Shown here: positions 60,211 through 64,000 of the stretch, in pieces | Layout: every line of letters starts with the position of its first letter | Position numbering within the stretch: position 1 is the stretch's first letter | Origin: Candidatus Omnitrophota bacterium | Lineage (GTDB): Bacteria; Omnitrophota; Gorgyraeia; JABMRN01; RBG-13-46-9 | Direction: 5' to 3' | Assembly (NCBI GenBank): GCA_043817155.1 | Contig: JBDRHE010000085.1 | Coordinates: 1,464 to 65,463 of the forward strand | DNA length: 64,000 nucleotides | The notes under the pieces: model-generated | Seen by the model: the letters and a program-made list of their open reading frames with translations, nothing else | Databases searched by the model: none | Told to the model about the DNA's origin: nothing | Made by a program: the position numbers and the translations under genes

Positions 60211-60341
60211 TGTGGGAAAAAGAGGCGAGAATTCTTAGATCCTCGTCTGCATAGAGGCAAGGCCGCTGGCCTATGAACGGATTCTAGAGTCTTATTAAGA
60301 AACAGTACAGCCCTTTGCACCGAGTTATCCTTGTTTCTCAT

Positions 60342-63233
60342 TTATAGCTTGCTAAAAGGTCTTTGCCAGGATTCCTTTAGCTTGTCAATTGTAGTATTAA
60401 TAACGGCGTTGCCCTTAAGTCCCTCAACCTTGAACGAGCTCGACAAAACGGTCGCGCCGATACGACCAATGGGTATCCCTTTCATTGAATTCTCAAACGT
60501 TCTACTCATCCTCTTCGGCACCTCGACTATGAAACGCGTGTTCGATTCAGAGAAGAGTATTATGTCGTCTCTATCGGCTGCTGACGAGCGGGGTACGTCC
60601 TCAATATTTAAGTGCATGCCGAGATCCCCCGCAAATGCCATCTCCGCCAGGCAAACGGCAATGCCGCCTTCAGAACAGTCGTGACAAGCAGTAACGATCC
60701 CCTCCGAAATCACCGAAGAGAGCCTCTCCATAAGCTTCTTGCCCTTATCAGCATCCACTCCGGGCACGGTGTTGCCGGTATACCCAAGTATCTTCCAGTA
60801 ATGTGAACCACCCATCTCGTCATGGGTGAGACCTACAACATAAAGAGAGCTTCCCGGCTTCTTGGCATCCATAGAAATAGTCTTCTTAACATCATCAATA
60901 ACCGCGAGAGCTGAAATCAAGAGTGTTGGAGGTATGGATATACTCCGGCCTTTTACCGAATACTCATTATTCAAGCTATCTTTGCCGGATATGAACGGAA
61001 CGCCGTAGGCTTTAGCGATGTCATAGCAGGCGAGCGATGCCCTGACGAGGCTGCCCAGTTGATGCGGCTTATTGGTATTCCCCCAGCAGAAATTGTCCAG
61101 TATCGCAACCCTCTTAAGGTTGCCTCCCACGGCGATGATCTGCCTTAAAGCTTCATCTATGGCGCTTGCTGCCATCCAATACGGATCGATAAGTCCGTAC
61201 AAAAAATTTATACCGTTCGACACGGCTATACCTTTATCGGATCCAAGCCTGGGCCGAACCACGCAAGCGTCTCCCGGACCGTCGTTCATCTTTCCCTGGA
61301 GAGGTTTTAGTACGCTTCCACCCTGCACTTCATGATCGTATTGCCTTATTATCCATTCCTTGCTGCATACGTTCCAGCTTGAAAGAATGTCTAAGAGAGA
61401 CTTTGTAAAATTTGTGTCCTTATTTATTTTAGGATCAGGGTGCTTTTTGATTTCCCACACAGCAGTTCTTTTTATCTGCGGAAGGCCGTCATGAACAAAA
61501 CGCATATCGAGATCTCCTACAAGGTTTCCCTCGTAATAGAGCTTCATCTTCTTCGTGCCCGTGAACTTTCCTATCACAGTAGCTTCAACGTTCTCTTCCT
61601 CAAAAACCTTGAGTAGTTTATCTACCTTCTTTGGGTCCGCCGCAAGCACCATTCTCTCTTGTGCTTCCGATATCCATATTTCGTCATAAGAGAGCCCGCT
61701 GTATTTAAGAGGCACCTTATCGAGGTATACCTCTACCCCCGTATCCTGTCCCATCTCACCGGCAGCGCTTGAGAGGCCACCTGCCCCGCAATCAGTGATG
61801 GCTTTATAAAGATCTTTGTCACGCGCTTTAAGGATCGTATCGGTGACCTTCTTCTCTGTTATGGGGTTGCCGATCTGTACAGCCGATCCGGATATCTTCT
61901 CAGATTCGGTAGTAAGTTCACCGGACGAGAAGGTCGCCCCATGGATCCCGTCTCTTCCGGTTCTCCCCCCTACCACCACTATTAGATCTCCCGGGTTAAG
62001 CTTCTCAGGCGAACGGTTCTTCGGCATGAGGCCTACGTTTCCGCAATAGACGAGCGGATTGCCTATATATCTTTCATCAAAAAGCACAGCCCCGTTTGCG
62101 GTGGGGATGCCCATACGGTTGCCATAATCTCTTACACCGCTCACAACGCCTTTCATCACACGCTTGGGATGTAACGTACCCGCAGGAAGTTTATTAAATG
62201 GCGTTTCGGGCGGCCCAAAACAGAAGACATCAGTATTCAATATCGGTTTTGCTCCTTTGCTTGTTCCGAGAGGGTCCCTTATCACCCCACCGATCCCTGT
62301 TCCCGCTCCACCATATGGCTCAAGCGCTGAAGGATGGTTGTGTGTCTCCACCTTGAAACATACATTATATTTTTCATCGAATCTTATAACGCCGGAATTG
62401 TCTTCAAAAACCGATACACACCAGCTCTTATCAAGTTCTTTTGTAACGCGCATCACCGTGCTCTTTAAAAGATTATCTATTGTCATTCTTTTCCGCTTCT
62501 TCCCCGGAATGCGCTCCTCGTACTCTATCTTCCCCCTGAATGTCTTATGCTTGCAATGTTCTGACCAGGTCTGGGCTATCGTCTCAAGTTCACAATCCGT
62601 CGGTCTTCTCTTTAGCGACCGGAAGTATCTCTTTATTGTCCTCATCTCCTCAAGCGTCAGGAAGAGCTGACCATCCTTGCTTATCCTCATGAGCTCTCTG
62701 TCGTTGGCCTTCAAGAGATCAACAGTGACGAGTTTAAATTTATAGGTAGGGGCTGGCGGGTACTCTTCTGCATCATGAGTTACGTGTTCTATGGCCTTAT
62801 TAAACAGGAGTTTTTCAGATATAAACTTAACGTCCCCTTTTGATATTCTTCCTTCAAGTACATATTTTTTTGCGGTCTTGATCGATTCTACACTGTTTAT
62901 GCCAAGGTCAGCGATACCCTTCTTCAGGCTCTCTTCTACCGGATCCATGACGCCCGGATTGTGCGAGATCTCTACGACATGGGTGCTACTGTTAGACCTG
63001 TACTTGAAGCCGGAGTTAAAGACATACTCTTGAGTAATAGGGTCATGCAGAAGATCATCGCATATGCGCTCAAGATCGCGGCCCTCTATCGAACCGCCTA
63101 AGAAGTATACCTGTACGAACGATACCTTGCGAACCCCGGTCTTCCCGATGTCCGCAATATCCTTCTTTACACCTTCGCCGATCGCGTCGAAGATGGAAGC
63201 TCTGTTTCTTATTTCTACACGATGTAGACGCAT
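60342..63233 (-). CDS. purL: FGAM synthase PurL with N-terminal PurS-like domains
   Basis: WSEHCKH, KVETHNHPS, DCGAGG, SEAQER; N-terminal LLHDPI / PGVMDP PurS-like units. Confidence 0.96.
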   Translation of the reverse strand: MRLHRVEIRNRASIFDAIGEGVKKDIADIGKTGVRKVSFVQVYFLGGSIEGRDLERICDDLLHDPITQEYVFNSGFKYRSNSSTHVVEISHNPGVMDPVEESLKKGIADLGINSVESIKTAKKYVLEGRISKGDVKFISEKLLFNKAIEHVTHDAEEYPPAPTYKFKLVTVDLLKANDRELMRISKDGQLFLTLEEMRTIKRYFRSLKRRPTDCELETIAQTWSEHCKHKTFRGKIEYEERIPGKKRKRMTIDNLLKSTVMRVTKELDKSWCVSVFEDNSGVIRFDEKYNVCFKVETHNHPSALEPYGGAGTGIGGVIRDPLGTSKGAKPILNTDVFCFGPPETPFNKLPAGTLHPKRVMKGVVSGVRDYGNRMGIPTANGAVLFDERYIGNPLVYCGNVGLMPKNRSPEKLNPGDLIVVVGGRTGRDGIHGATFSSGELTTESEKISGSAVQIGNPITEKKVTDTILKARDKDLYKAITDCGAGGLSSAAGEMGQDTGVEVYLDKVPLKYSGLSYDEIWISEAQERMVLAADPKKVDKLLKVFEEENVEATVIGKFTGTKKMKLYYEGNLVGDLDMRFVHDGLPQIKRTAVWEIKKHPDPKINKDTNFTKSLLDILSSWNVCSKEWIIRQYDHEVQGGSVLKPLQGKMNDGPGDACVVRPRLGSDKGIAVSNGINFLYGLIDPYWMAASAIDEALRQIIAVGGNLKRVAILDNFCWGNTNKPHQLGSLVRASLACYDIAKAYGVPFISGKDSLNNEYSVKGRSISIPPTLLISALAVIDDVKKTISMDAKKPGSSLYVVGLTHDEMGGSHYWKILGYTGNTVPGVDADKGKKLMERLSSVISEGIVTACHDCSEGGIAVCLAEMAFAGDLGMHLNIEDVPRSSAADRDDIILFSESNTRFIVEVPKRMSRTFENSMKGIPIGRIGATVLSSSFKVEGLKGNAVINTTIDKLKESWQRPFSKL

Positions 63234-63234
63234 C

Positions 63235-64000
63235 TTACTCCCATTCTATTGTAGCCGGTGGTTTTGAACTAATATCATACACAACCCTGTTCACGCCTTT
63301 AACCTCATTTACGATCCTGTTCGAAACAGTTTCCAGAAACTTGTAAGGCAGCTTCGCCCAATCAGCTGTCATACCGTCTTTGCTTGTAACGGCCCGGATA
63401 GCTACAAGGTTCTCGTAGGTTCTCTTGTCCCCCATGACTCCCACCGTTCTTATAGGGACTAGCACGGCGAAGCACTGCCATACGTCATAGTAGATATTAT
63501 TCTTCTTGGCATGATCGATCACCACGTGGTCGGCTTCCTGCAACATATTTAGCCTCTCTTTTGTAACCTCACCCAATATCCTGACTCCAAGGCCCGGCCC
63601 GGGGAAAGGCTGCCTCCAAATGAGCTCGTGGGGCATGTTAAGGCTTTCGCCCAGCTTCCTTACTTCATCCTTAAAAAGATACTTCAGCGGCTCCAGTAGC
63701 TTTAAACCCATCTTCTCGGGTAATCCGCCCACGTTATGGTGTGTCTTTATAGTAGCGCTTGGGCCCCCAAACGCTGATCTCGATTCGATCACATCGGGAT
63801 AGAGGGTACCCTGAGCAAGGTATTTTACCTTACCCAGTTTACGCGACTCCCTTTCAAAGACGCGGATGAAGGTCTTGCCTATTATCTTCCTCTTTTCTTC
63901 CGGATCGGTTACGTCTTTTAAGCGTTTTAGGAATTCGTCTTCAGCTCTGACGACCTTCAGGTTCATTTTATAATGTTTTTGGAATACTTTTTTTACTCTT
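63235..64000 (-). CDS. guaA: GMP synthase, C-terminal part (runs off the right edge)
   Basis: [35 protein letters not shown]. Confidence 0.97.
   Translation of the reverse strand, partial: RVKKVFQKHYKMNLKVVRAEDEFLKRLKDVTDPEEKRKIIGKTFIRVFERESRKLGKVKYLAQGTLYPDVIESRSAFGGPSATIKTHHNVGGLPEKMGLKLLEPLKYLFKDEVRKLGESLNMPHELIWRQPFPGPGLGVRILGEVTKERLNMLQEADHVVIDHAKKNNIYYDVWQCFAVLVPIRTVGVMGDKRTYENLVAIRAVTSKDGMTADWAKLPYKFLETVSNRIVNEVKGVNRVVYDISSKPPATIEWE

Overview
A 64-kb bacterial chromosome segment with about 55 genes; the gene repertoire is consistent with Candidatus Omnitrophota/PVC (inference). It appears to span the replication terminus: genes run almost entirely on + up to ~47 kb and on - afterwards, with a well-formed dif site at 45372-45399 in a 1-kb gene-free gap. 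The left half is housekeeping (rib, nusB, tRNA-Pro, ligA, xerD, tRNA nucleotidyltransferase, rbfA-nrnA-truB-ribF-rpsO-pnp-dut, ftsK-rodZ-rimO-pgsA-pgpA, fabG-acpP-fabF, ttcA, UvrD). The middle is signalling and accessory genes (two PilZ, ECF sigma/anti-sigma, PAS-GGDEF-HD-GYP, secreted unknowns), and the right end is purQ, purL and guaA. Top leads: (1) a ~550-nt non-coding stretch with five long stems and a possible pseudoknot (candidate large ncRNA); (2) an orphan ParA ATPase fused to a glycogen-binding CBM48 domain; (3) a ~60-bp MITE-like element with 4-bp duplications that inserts at start codons and a -35 box; (4) palindromic boxes and an uncharacterised DNA-binding protein around dif; (5) a beta-propeller fused to a single TolC-type repeat, with face-to-face promoters upstream. 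All calls come from reading the sequence by eye; no searches or folding programs were run.
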